Source: Botryllus schlosseri
Taxonomy: Eukaryota
DNA: 64,000 bases
Direction of reading: 5' to 3'
Assembly (NCBI GenBank): GCA_051294905.1
Contig: CM119373.1
Coordinates: 23,188,001 to 23,252,000, forward strand
The first letter of the stretch is position 1, and the number at the start of each line of letters is the position of its first letter. Below are positions 39,701 to 51,100 of this stretch, one piece after another. The notes under the pieces are model-generated. The model was given only the letters and a program-made list of their open reading frames with translations. It did no database searches and was not told the origin of the DNA. Both the position numbers and the translations under genes were made by a program.

Positions 39701-42700
39701 ACAGACTCTAGATTACTATAAATAACTAACCTATGGGTAGATTAGTAATCTATATAGACCAGGAGTGGCCAACCTTTTCGGCTGAAGGGGCACATGCAAT
39801 TGACGAACGAGTGCGCGGTCCACTAGCCGCGCCTAGCGGGTAAAATTTTCAAAGTTTATAAATAAACTAGGTCAATAATATTATTACTTGAGTATATTGC
39901 GGGTCTACTGTATACCGCCCGCTAGGCTCAGTTTGCAAAGACACGACTATTCGGCGTCTGGCCACATCGATATCGAAGGTCTCCGATACTATGCGACAAT
40001 CATTTTGTGCCTACATTTCACCGTCGACGATCTTTATGCGAGCGCAAAAGCGGAAAGACTTTCTCCCGTAATAGCGAATACAGTTAGACTCAATCGGGTA
40101 AATTAGGCGTTGTTTTTTTCATTTTCAGTAGGGGGTAGGCTACCAAGCAAGAAATTGTGTGACAATTAAACACGCAAAGCGTGAAGAAAAATTTCACTAC
40201 TATTTTAGTTTATTGTAATGCACGACGATTTACTGAGAATGTGACTGGACTCTGGATCTGCCAATGCGTCGGAACTGATATTTCAGTCATCAACATCCCA
40301 AGTGTCGCAGCCAGACTTTTAATTTTTTGTTGGCATTGCAAGTTCACAATCTGAGCAATTCATTTTTGATAATATTATAGGAAATTACCTCGCGGGCCAC
40401 GCAAAACCCTCTCACGGGCCACATTTGGCCCGCGGGTTGGCCACCCCTGATATAGACAGGCCCATTCGATAATTTCAGAGCCGGAGCTGGAGCTGGAGCC
40501 AGAACAGTGGTAATAATGCGGCTCCGGAGCTGGAGCCGGAGCTAATGTATGATGGAAGAAAGCGCCGGAGCCGGAGCTGGAGCAATTTAAATTTACGACT
40601 GCTCCAAAGCCCTGGCTTTGGTGGGGCATTTTTGTGATACACCCTATTATACCTTTTCGTACTGGTCCGCCCCATGAATATTTTGCTACGCCTGTGGACG
40701 GGCACCGAACTATACTACCTAACTGTAATTGCGATTTCACTCACGGCAATGATGCGAATCTATCCTAATACTACTTTCTACATCTAAAACTGGAATATCA
40801 CTTTCAATATTACATTCATTGTGGTCACATTCATTAGCTCGAAGACTTTTCGTCTGGCCCTTGTCAATAGGTAAACTTAAAAGCGTATTACAAGAATATG
40901 TGCGGAGATTCAAATGAACCCAATTTGAAGTATAGGACTAGGCCTATGTATTTCATTACTGACTGCCTAGCACACATTCATAGTTTTTAACGAGAGTTCT
41001 GTAAGTGCGTACATCTTCATTTTCCGATGACGAGATGAGTGACATTGACCACATGGTAACATATGAGATTTGATTACCTATACGCCGTCACATGATCGGT
41101 TGACATTCTGAGTACAGATAACCACTAATCCGAATCGCATGTAGTAGCTAGAGCTTTTTCCTCCGACACTTTAGTTGCTATATAGCCATGCAAAAATCTT
41201 CCAAACATTTATTTCACCATTTTCTAAAAATATATTTTGCGAATAAACACAGGTGTTTCAACGACGTATCAATGGGTCTACTAATTTCGATCGCACTTGG
41301 AATCAGTACGTCAAGGGCTTCGGAGAATTAACAGGAGAATTTTGGCTCGGTGCGTTTAACCGTTATATTTAACCTTTGTGAGATCAAACGATAATATTTT
41401 ACATGCTAGTGCACCTACATTAGGGATGACTTCATTTACCAATGTGGTTGGTAAATTATCTGGCTGGAAATTCAGAAATTTACTTGGAGTGAAAGTAAAC
41501 CGTAACAGGTCACTAGCTCCGGAATATAATTCATCTAAGAATAGTCATTTCAAAGCGAGGAGATTCCACAAATTCTGATGCACCTCATCTATGACGCTAA
41601 TAAAACTCAGAATCGTGAGTCCTACCCCATGAAATTTAAGAGCCCGAATTTCAGGTCATCCAAAATATACGTAACCCGTAGAGTGAGTCTAAAAATTGTC
41701 GCTTGCTATCCGATCACGATTCGCCTTCACATCGATATTTGTGACCTTCTGCCATTCAAAAACTGGTCTTTCACTGAGGAAATTGAAATTTCTGCAATAT
41801 ATAAATGGTCGGGTGATATCCCGCATTTAACATGATTGTAGGTCAGTAGAGAAGTACTTTTACTTCTTCCGAATACTGAAATAGGTTTGTCCTAATTGCA
41901 CTCTACTATTATTGTTAAGAGTTGAGAATAATTGAACTGATATTTAGCAGTTTTTAGTTTTGTATGCCAGACAAGGTATATAGTACTTACTTTGAAATCA
42001 GTCTTCTACTTGTACGTGAGTTGAAATTTGTGACGTAGCTTCAGCTTCTACATAAGTACAAACAACCTCTGCCTGTGGGATATTTTTATGAATTCATGTG
42101 TTAACAGCGATAAACGTTTTGCATTCGAAGACTGCATTTTGTCGTCGGGAACTACAAGCGGTGACGAGCATGTCGTGGATTTAAGATAATGGGAACATGT
42201 CACTGCAGAAATCACCAAATATAGCTCTTTCGCCCGTTATAATGGGACTTTCGAATCCGAAAAATTTATCTAGATCACATATGAGCATATCAATACATTC
42301 CACTATTCGGCGAACAGCCAAGATAGAAGTTTATGGGGTAGGGAACAAAATGTTTGACCGAGAACGTGACGTCATATATGCATTTGATATGGTCATGTGA
42401 ATGACGTCACTATTTCAATGTACGGAAATTTAATGAGATAGAAAGCCCTGTGGCTAGTCAGGTGTTCATCTCGCCGTGTATTATAATTCCTTTATCTTTG
42501 CGGTATAAAGATCCTGTCAATATCGAATTGAGTCCGAACTATTGTATTCATATTTTCAAGGACTGGAAACTATACACAGAATCACTAATATGGGAAATCA
42601 CGAACTGAGAATCGACTTTGTAGACATAAACGGAACATATTACATCGCAAAGTACAGGTAAAGATGTTTTCCGTGATCCACATAGATTGCATAAAATACT

Positions 42701-45700
42701 TTGGTTTGAGCATCAGATTTAGACGGTTTATTTGACGCGAGGTTTCGCAAAGTGCAGAACTTCATTCTTTTGATTTGCTAATGTTGAATATTTTCAATGC
42801 TTAGACCAGTGGTTCTCAACCGGGGGTCCGCGAAGCATTTTGAGGGGGCCCGCGAAGTCTCTGAATTTAAAAAATGGCGGATAACCTTTTCTTTCTTCAT
42901 TTATTAAAATTATGGTAATCATTAGGCAGTTTCGCCTCATTACTGCTACAACTCCATGACTGACATCAACAAAACAATTGCGCAACATTCATTTTAATTG
43001 CCCAAATTGCCTACTGATACAAACATATTTCGGTTTAGAGATGCTTTGTTGTGGTTTGTGGAAATTAGTTGGAGTAGTAAGATCAATCAGAGTGAATTCG
43101 AAATGTCTGCGAAAATCCATTTCTCTTGTGATATACATAACCACCATTCCATATTAAATTCAAGATGGGCTACTAGATAGAAATGACTATGCTGGACGTT
43201 ATATGTTCATTAAAAATTTGCTTCTCAAATTTGGCGCCATATATGTTGCGATATTCGGAACTCGTTCATATCAAATCGAAGGTGTGAATTTTCCAGACAC
43301 GACCTCGTAGGCTACTTCTAGAAATGCAGTTGTTGCATTATTGTTATTATATGTAAAAACAATTTCAGTCACACATATAACAACTATGGCCTTTTGCGTC
43401 ACGATTGAACAGTTGGTGATCAAATAGATATTGCGATAATTAAATACAGTCAACTGAACATTTATTACTGTCTCTTAGTCTTCGCTATGAATTCCCACAG
43501 CAAAGGTAATATATAATTGATAGTTAGTATGGTATATTTTCCATGGTGGCGTACTTCGCGCAATCGATAATATCGAGCTCTGCAGATTCTACAACGTGGC
43601 ACATGGTACAATCAGTGGTATCTGAACACCCAATTCTGCTAAGATGTGAGTGCAGCTGTAGAACTCGCTTTGAAATAATAAAAGTCTACCCAGTTTCTGC
43701 ATAAATAGTATGGTGTCATTTTCAAGAAAAGCCATTTTGTTGCTGGTTGTCACTAAACTACATTTAATATTTGCACAAGACATATGACGGTTGTACGATA
43801 ATAGAGCTAAATTTGAACTAAAACTTGTGTGTGTAGATATATATATATATATCGACTTTCAACTAAATAAAAGGGCTTAACAAAACAGGAAACAAAAGAA
43901 CATCAAGATAATCAGTTTTGGCCACTTGTGTGTAGAGAGGATCCGCGGGGATCCACGACGGTGCAAACGGGGTCAGTGAAGACAAAAAGGTTGAGAACCA
44001 TTGGTTTGGACAGTTTGTAAGCACCAAAAATGTCAGAACGCAGATCATGAATTGTATATAGTTTGTTGTTGTTATTGTTGTTGTTTAATAATACAATTAG
44101 CGCTTGTAAACACTCGGGTCATTTACGCCCGCACAGTAATTTCATAAGTTCGTGTCGAGGTCTTTTTCCGCGCACTTGGGTGATAATGGTCACTGCAGCT
44201 GGTGCTGCCATCCTTCTAGAGTTCGGCTCTCTATAACTTCTGGACTTTTTGAAGGCGCTGTATTTACAGCGGGGATCGGCGATGAGAAGCCCATATAAGC
44301 CTCCGACGCATAGAAACATGGCTGAGCCGAGACTCGAACCAGCAACCATTGGTGTCGTGAAGGTGACGATTAGCACACTGCACCACGCGCTTGTCATTAT
44401 CCTTGTAACACACAAATATGCAGAACTCGCGTATGCTTTCAATATGCAGATGACCTTTTGAACTCCGCCATCTCTTAGTAGGCGCTGATCTAGTTCAGTA
44501 AACTCTCAATGGTTATTCGGTAATGGGCGCAGTTGCAGTCAGGGCTGTGGAGTCGGTAAATTTTACTACCGACTCCAACTCCGACTCCCACTCCATACAT
44601 TTTCAATGGACCGACACCGACTGCGAGTCCTGAGTCTTTAAATGCACCGACTCCGACGCCGACTCCGACTGCAACCCCGACTCCAACAGTATTGTCAATT
44701 TACTTTGAAAATTAGCCGATATGTCACAGTGACGGTTAAATGACTATCATATAGCCATTAAACATAAACATGCAAAATTTTTTCATTGTGGCACAGCTCG
44801 AAATATTCACTATGCATGAAAGATTGCCTTTCTAAATATCCTTACTTTTTCATATTTTATCAGTTTTTATAACATGGACTCTCTACCCTAATATGTATGT
44901 ATCATTCAATCACGGCATATAGTGCATCCTGTATAATTAAAGTGTAGACTAAACAATCGAAGTGTTGCTCTTATGTATGAGTAAGCAACTATTATAGATA
45001 TGCATCCTACTAATTTTCTCATCACACACTATACTGATTACAAGCACACGACACTCTCACTACTAATAATAACGAAATTTAGTAAGTTGTCAAATAGCAT
45101 ATGTCCAGTCTACATGCACTTAGTCAAGTAATCAAGGACTAGGAGTTGCAGTCTTTCTTAATCATTTGTCCAACTTAAGCAGCTAAGCTACACTAAAAAT
45201 ATTTTTAATTTTGTCAAGTGAGAAGCCTGACGATATATTTACTCTGTTACACTATCACGGTATAATTCCAAAAAATGCATTAATTTGTGACTGCATCGCC
45301 AAGATGCATATTGCTTCCTTCTTCCTCCATGCAACTGAATCGTAATTTGCAAATAATATCCAATTCTCTCTTTGTCAGGGTGGCCAACCTTTTAGTTAGA
45401 CTGAAGGGCAACATGAGATTTACGAGCCATTGCGCGGGCAAATTGAATGTTGATGACCTTTTTTTAGTCGTCCGATAGGAACGAACCGAATTAGCTAACA
45501 TTGAAAATGAAAACTCCGTGTGCATCTGTACGGAGTGCAGTCATGCCCTGGTCGCGCGAAGCACGGAATATTTTCCAAGGTAATGAATGAATTCGGTAAA
45601 TAAATATGTTACTTGCATATATTGGGGATCGCTGTTGTATAGCAATGGGCTCATTTGGCAAGGACAGGATTATTTTGGGTTTTAGACATAGCAATATCGA

Positions 45701-47248
45701 CGGTTGCAGTGAGCATGCCTCGGTCATTTTGTGCAAATGTTTCATAGCCGATGATGTCGCTTCGAGCGCACAAGTCGCATGTTGGACGACACGTTATATC
45801 CTAATTGCGAGTACAGTTGGACTCAATTCTGTAAATTACGCATAATAATAATAATTCAAAGAAAGGGTTCCAATACTTAATGCAAGAAATGTGATGATAA
45901 ATCATGCGAAGTTCTAAGAAAAATGTCAAGTCAAATAAATCTGCTACGGAATATTCTACTTTATGCTCATATACGAAGATCTGCGATGAATGTGACTGAG
46001 CCTGGTGGCGCCAATGCGTCGAAACTGATGTTTTAGTCATCATCAAATTTCGCGGTCAGGCTAATCAAATTTTGGTTGGCCATGAAATTTTACCTGATTA
46101 TTATATCTAATTTCGAGAATTACCTCGCAGGCCACACAAAAACTTCTCGCGGGCCACATTTGGCCTGCCAGGAGCAATTTGACCACCCCTGATCTGTATC
46201 GTTACAAATAACAGTGATTGATGGTACATAAAAATCCTATTATAGTTATTATCAGTAATTTAAAGATACCTTTCATGATAAAGAAGTTAGGGTCGGAGTC
46301 GAAGTCAGGGTCATTTTCACAAACTCAAACTCCGACTCCAGTCAGTACACGGCTTGTCTATAGGCGGACAATGGATTACTCGCTTGGATCTGAGACGGCA
46401 CGTCGTTTGCAGAGGTGGTCGGTAACGACGTAGTTCTACTTTTTCGAAGTACTTGACTAGGTTTTGCCTATAATTGCACTACTTACTCAAGTGATAATGT
46501 TTTAGACTACTTCACTTCTACTGATGATTTGTTTTAGCCAAAACTATCCACATCTTTGACTTTGGATTTCGTACTGTAAAAGGTAGTTTTGCCTTTGGGG
46601 TATGTTCAAAGAACCTATACAATATACTCGAGTGGAATTGCCGTACCATCTGAGCCAAATAACCTCTAAACCTTGGTAACTGAAATATTCTCGAGGATTG
46701 CACCTATTTGTAGCGCCATTATTCATTTTGTGTTAGTTGTAAAGACTAATTTGACCACCTCTGGACTGGTTTTCCAAAACATTCAACTCTACTGCCTCCT
46801 GGCCTTCGCAAATATTCATAGTCATGCCTTACTTGGGTACCATGTAAATGTGTAGCCCACTTGTGAATTCACATGATCATACCCGACTGTTTTCTTGCAA
46901 TTCATTTGAGATTCTCATTTTAGCTCTTTCGGAGTCGGAAATAGTAGTGACAAATACCGGTTGCATTTGGCTGGATATTCCGGTAACAGCACCAATACAT
47001 TGACGAACCCAGATAAGCCCGTAAAATCTCTCAACAACCAGCAATTTTCAACGCGAGATGCTGACAACGATGCCTCTGTATATGATAGAAATTGTGCCGC
47101 CCTGCATAGTGGTGGTTGGTGGTTCCAGCGGTGCGTTCGCACCAATCTCAACCGCCCCTTCGAGGACTTGGAATGGAAAATGCAATCGGGGGAAAAGAAA
47201 TTTGTCCATCTTATTTCCACAGAGATGAAATTTCGCGAAGCACTGTAA
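30726..47248 (+). CDS. Secreted fibrinogen-related-domain (FReD/FBG) protein, copy 1, 5 exons, 268 aa
   Basis: Exons 30726-30783, 33142-33371, 41253-41349, 42561-42657, 46924-47248 total 807 nt with consistent phases. Signal peptide, then [32 protein letters not shown]...[32 protein letters not shown]. Confidence 0.92.
33142..33371 (+). CDS. FReD copy 1 exon 2
   Basis: atcag|[42 protein letters not shown]|gtgagt. Confidence 0.92.
34273..35558. mobile_element. Non-autonomous hAT with CTACTT subterminal repeats, 1286 bp
   Basis: TIRs CAGAGGTGGTCA / TGACCACCTCTG; perfect TSD GCGACAAC. Confidence 0.9.
36045..39571 (+). mobile_element. Buster/Charlie-type hAT deletion derivative (nested)
   Basis: TIRs CAGCGCTTTTCAACCT / AGGTTGAAAAGCACTG; perfect TSD GCATAGAG; remnant [20 protein letters not shown] (~39317-39378) resembling the hAT dimerisation motif. 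Confidence 0.88.
37405..39019 (+). mobile_element. Non-autonomous hAT with 326-bp internal tandem units (family copy A)
   Basis: Termini CAGCACCGTAACTGC / GTGCTGTTACGGCCCTG; perfect TSD CTCGCGAG; internal units start at 38057, 38383 and 38709. Confidence 0.92.
39760..40449. mobile_element. hAT MITE (nested), 690 bp
   Basis: CAGGAGTGGCCAACC / GGTTGGCCACCCCTG; perfect TSD ATATAGAC. Confidence 0.9.
41253..41349 (+). CDS. FReD copy 1 exon 3
   Basis: cacag|[33 protein letters not shown]|gtgcgt. Confidence 0.95.
42561..42657 (+). CDS. FReD copy 1 exon 4
   Basis: tcaag|[33 protein letters not shown]|gtaaag. Confidence 0.95.
42807..44003. mobile_element. Non-autonomous hAT, same family as 16813-17659, opposite orientation
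   Basis: CAGTGGTTCTCAACC / GGTTGAGAACCATTG; TSD GCTTAGAC/GTTTGGAC; internal homology to 17280-17460; empty site in the paralog at ~63715. Confidence 0.85.
44061..44395 (-). mobile_element. tRNA-derived SINE (~335 bp) with (AAC)n tail
   Basis: Minus strand TGGTGCAGTGTG (A-box-like), ACACCAATGGTTGCTGGTTCGAGTC (B box; head shared with the 7663 SINE), AAC tail; absent from the paralog intron. Confidence 0.8.
44540..46345. mobile_element. Degenerate MITE with GACTCC/GGAGTC repeats
   Basis: Left CAGGGCTGTGGAGTCGG plus CCGACTCC arrays; decayed right end near 46290-46345. Confidence 0.5.
45376..46191. mobile_element. hAT MITE, same family as 39760-40449
   Basis: CAGGGTGGCCAACC ... GCGGGCCACATTTGGCC..TGACCACCCCTG; no TSD retained. 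Confidence 0.65.
46410..46763. mobile_element. Short member of the CAGAGGTGGTC hAT family
   Basis: CAGAGGTGGTC / TTTGACCACCTCTG; no TSD match. Confidence 0.65.
46924..47248 (+). CDS. FReD copy 1 exon 5 (terminal)
   Basis: ttttag|[61 protein letters not shown]. Confidence 0.95.
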
Positions 47249-47293
47249 CGACTTCTTGCGTGGCCTATGCCCGTCTCCGATGCGATAAAGTCG

Positions 47294-47299
47294 AATAAA
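47294..47299 (+). promoter_or_regulatory. Candidate polyadenylation signal of FReD copy 1
   Basis: AATAAA 45 nt after the stop codon. Confidence 0.45.
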
Positions 47300-48069
47300 C
47301 TGCACCCATCTAATTGTTTGTTTGTATACGCAGTACAAATGTACAGTAATTCCCTCGAAATGGAAATGAATGGAAAGACTGTTAACCTCGGGATCGTTCG
47401 AGGCCGCCGTGTTTTCTAGCGCTATCATTTAAATATATGGAAGAGTATGGTAAAGTGCAATTATATTTCCAGTAATCGATTACGCCGATCGTCTGTATGC
47501 GTAATTGACGGATTATAATGACCCAAACATTGATATCATGCAAGGTGAAGACGCGTATTTTTGCTATGTCGGAGATCTCAGCAGGCACTAAGATCACTAA
47601 GTTGGGACATTTTTAGTTAGACTATTTCAACTTCTACTATACTATACAGTTTACGAATTCAAGCTATAGTTACTTACTACCTCGTTTATTTTGACAAGTT
47701 TTTGTTGTGTTACGACATCGATGAATAATAATTCAATTAACATGAAGACAGAGGCAAAGCTGATATTGCATTTCGTGATTTCAGAGACCACTTTCGTTCT
47801 AGCTAGGATTTTGAGAGATACCGTTTTCTCCGTGTTTTAAGCCAGTACATTTCAGTCATACCAAGCGCAGCATAAATTTCAAACGGCAAATACAGAACAT
47901 TCTGAAAACCTCGGGTTCCACACATGGAATCATAAGAAGTCTATTGCGCAGTGAGATAAAGAGAATAGGATATGGAGTGATATCCGGAATCCATTCACCG
48001 TATTGTAGTGTTTATACAGTAGGGTTAAGAGTGCGGCAGCAAACGAAATCTTACTTGGGACGGTGCAAT

Positions 48070-48133
48070 ATGCGCATAATCTACTTCGCGCTATTGATAG
48101 TGATTGGAACAGTGACTAGATGTCCAGGAGGGT
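48070..48133 (+). CDS. FReD copy 2 exon 1 (signal peptide; donor uncertain)
   Basis: [19 protein letters not shown]. The orthologous GT is GA (48128-29); an in-frame GTATTG lies at 48134. Confidence 0.6.
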
Positions 48134-51100
48134 GTATTGAATTTCGATATGACTGAAAACCACATTACGGTGTTGGAAATGGTCCTTGCTACAGACATGG
48201 AAATAAACTCGAAATTCCTGCTGATCGATATATCGGATCGTATTGTTGAACTACTATCGCAAATGCTAAATTCGTATCTATCACAGAAAGGGCTTTGGTG
48301 CAGGGGTTCCCCACGTGGGCGAGTTTGACAAACAATGAGCCGAAAATACCAAAGGGGGCGATATGGGGCGCAAATGTTACAACGTCCAGTGAGATATATT
48401 AAATTAATACGGTCAAAAATGCAAGTGAATACGTCCTATTTTGCATATGACGGGAAATAAATTGCCAACTCCTCGGAAAAGTAGACGAGGAAACCGTTTT
48501 TCCGAGGACCTACCACCTCGGAAAAATGGCTTTTTTAGTAAATTCATCAGTGATCAGAGTTAGAGGAATAAATTCACCGATTATATGTGTTCTTTTTCGG
48601 ATATGTAAAAATGGGAGGCGAAAATTTGTGTCGAGACTGATAAAGGGGGCGGTTAGCCGAAAAAGGTTGGGAACCACAGCTTTAGTGGATAAATTGCATT
48701 ACGATTTATGCACCTACGACAACTGACTCATCTCCATTTCTTATACATGTGTTCAGGTCTCAGGTGTTCTCTCGACATCATAACACGCACTCAACTAATA
48801 CAAGTGATTTGTGATGTTGCGCCCGTCTTGACCATCATTGGTTGCAGTCAATTAGGCCCGATTAGTATAGTCGAATTGCCACTGCTGTAGTGGAACAGCG
48901 TGTGTAGTGGCGTACGCAGTGGAGGTTATGGTTCGTAATCGAGACCCTTCTTTCTGAAATGCCAATCATATTGTTTGTAAGCTCAGTTGTAATTAAACTA
49001 TCGGTATCAAACGATTACGTTTCGAACTAACAATACGACGACGCTTTTCAAGGTGAAGCTTCGCATAACTGAACTGGTATATCTGAAAGGAACAGTATAA
49101 GTAACACGGATCCGCACTAAATATTCATCAAAATGTTTTAGTTCGGCTTGAAAATTACATTTTAACGGTTTTGTTCTTTTAACACCCAGTTGATGTACAG
49201 TTCATGATGTGCAGCAATAATATATATTATATTAGATTAGGATTGAATAGTATAGGCCAGGGGTTCTCAAAGGGTGGGCCATGGCCCACTGGTGGGCCAA
49301 AGAGCATTTTGAGGTGGGCCACAGAGCCATTCAGAAAATTTCAGAATTAATGTAAGTTTAGTTATATTTCTTATGTTATTCGCTAAAAATATATTCGTAT
49401 TATCAAATTATACGTAAGCTACATAGAGCTTTTCATCCGACTCTGATTAGACGTAGTGGCACGCATGAAGTCAGCATGTACAAGTCGAAAACGTTCTGGT
49501 CTGACAACCTATGGCTAACAGCAACTAAAATAATTTCAAGCGTATAATAACTGGAAGAGAATGCTGAAGTAACCAAGTATTCCGGTAGGGTCATATGCCG
49601 TATGCCGTTGAAAGGGGTATGCAATGAGCTCGCAATGAAGTGCAATTGATGTACAGATTTACCGTAATTCGGCAGGCCGTATTATTGCAAGCTAATCATA
49701 GTCATAATTGCACGTTATTAGCAACTTCTGGAGGAGGTATATACTGCACCACCGCAACAACGAATCTTAATGGATTGAAGATTTATCGGAGCGCATTAAT
49801 CTTTGAAGTTGATTTAAAATGTCCGGCCTGGAAATCAATGTACATTGTACATACTGAAAGAGTCACGGGAATTGATTGTATCATTGGATTGAATGTTCTG
49901 ACATCGCAACTTCAGTTGTTTTGAAACAAGACATACAAAGTACATCATGCATATTGAAAAATCTTTCTCCACTTCTCTGTAGTACCCCATTCACCAATGA
50001 ATTGTTCGATGCCGGCCCAGAATGATTCCCCTCAATAGTATCACTAAAGTCCCAATTACACCGCGCGGGGATCTGATCATTGTGTTTCGCGACGCGAATG
50101 GAGCAGCGGACGAAAATAATCTACTTAGGAGTTTTAGCTTATGACCAGGGCCGTAACTGCCTCACCCACATCCCCAATTTGGGGAGCTCGAAGGGGCCCA
50201 AGATTGTTTCGTTGGTCGTTTGCTGAAGGATATTTATTCAACTTGAAATTTTTTTCGCGCTTGGCGCGATTTCATACTCCGGGAGATCGATACTTAAATA
50301 TCATCAGTTAGAGAAACATGCGCATATTTTAGAGGAATAGGCATATCGGCGCTGTCCATGACCACGCATTAAACAATATTTTGACTCCAAGAGATCAGGT
50401 GGGCCACAGCACATTTTTAAACCGGAAAATGGGCCACGCCCTAGAAAGGGCTGAGAACCCCTGGTATAGGCTATTCATATTGGAATGAGCCCGCATATGT
50501 TGGGCTGACACTCGTCAGGGGTAATCGTCAGCAACTAGTAGAGAATTCAAAAGAACAACGTATACCGACAATCGTATCACAACATATGACGTCACCAGCA
50601 TGAAATTGCGAATACGAGAGCGTTCAATGTACTATTTTTAGATGGTACACGAGCTCTTTTTGTTGACGCAGCCTCGGCTGGTGTATTTTGATAAAAGTCG
50701 ACTTCGAGGCACACAAATGAAAGTGTGAACGGCCCGTCCCAACCACACGAAATCTTTCGTTTCGATAATTTTATGCAAAAGCAGGATTATCCAACAAATG
50801 TTTGCCAATTGCAGAATTTATGGCCTTTGATTTGTTATGCATCAATCTTGAGGGGATGAGTCAAAAGTAAGCCTTTCACCGAGCGTGATGCGCGTGTTCT
50901 AATAAATCTAAGAACATGCTGATTTATGCGTTACTCCAAACGCTTCGACGTTCTTCCCACGTAGCCACAATAACAGTGGCACTTATATTAGACTTTTATT
51001 CTCTAAGATTTTTAGTTTCATGACTTATCAACAATCTGGCGCTCCACGAAGGCGTGGAGATTAACGGAAGTGTTCCGCAGGATTGTAAAGATTGAGAACC

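Larger units (their letters stand above)
35827..40614. mobile_element. hAT element with GGAGCC subterminal repeats (outer shell of a nest)
   Basis: TIRs CAGGGCTTTGGAGC / GCTCCAAAGCCCTG; perfect TSD GCTTTGGT. Confidence 0.9.
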
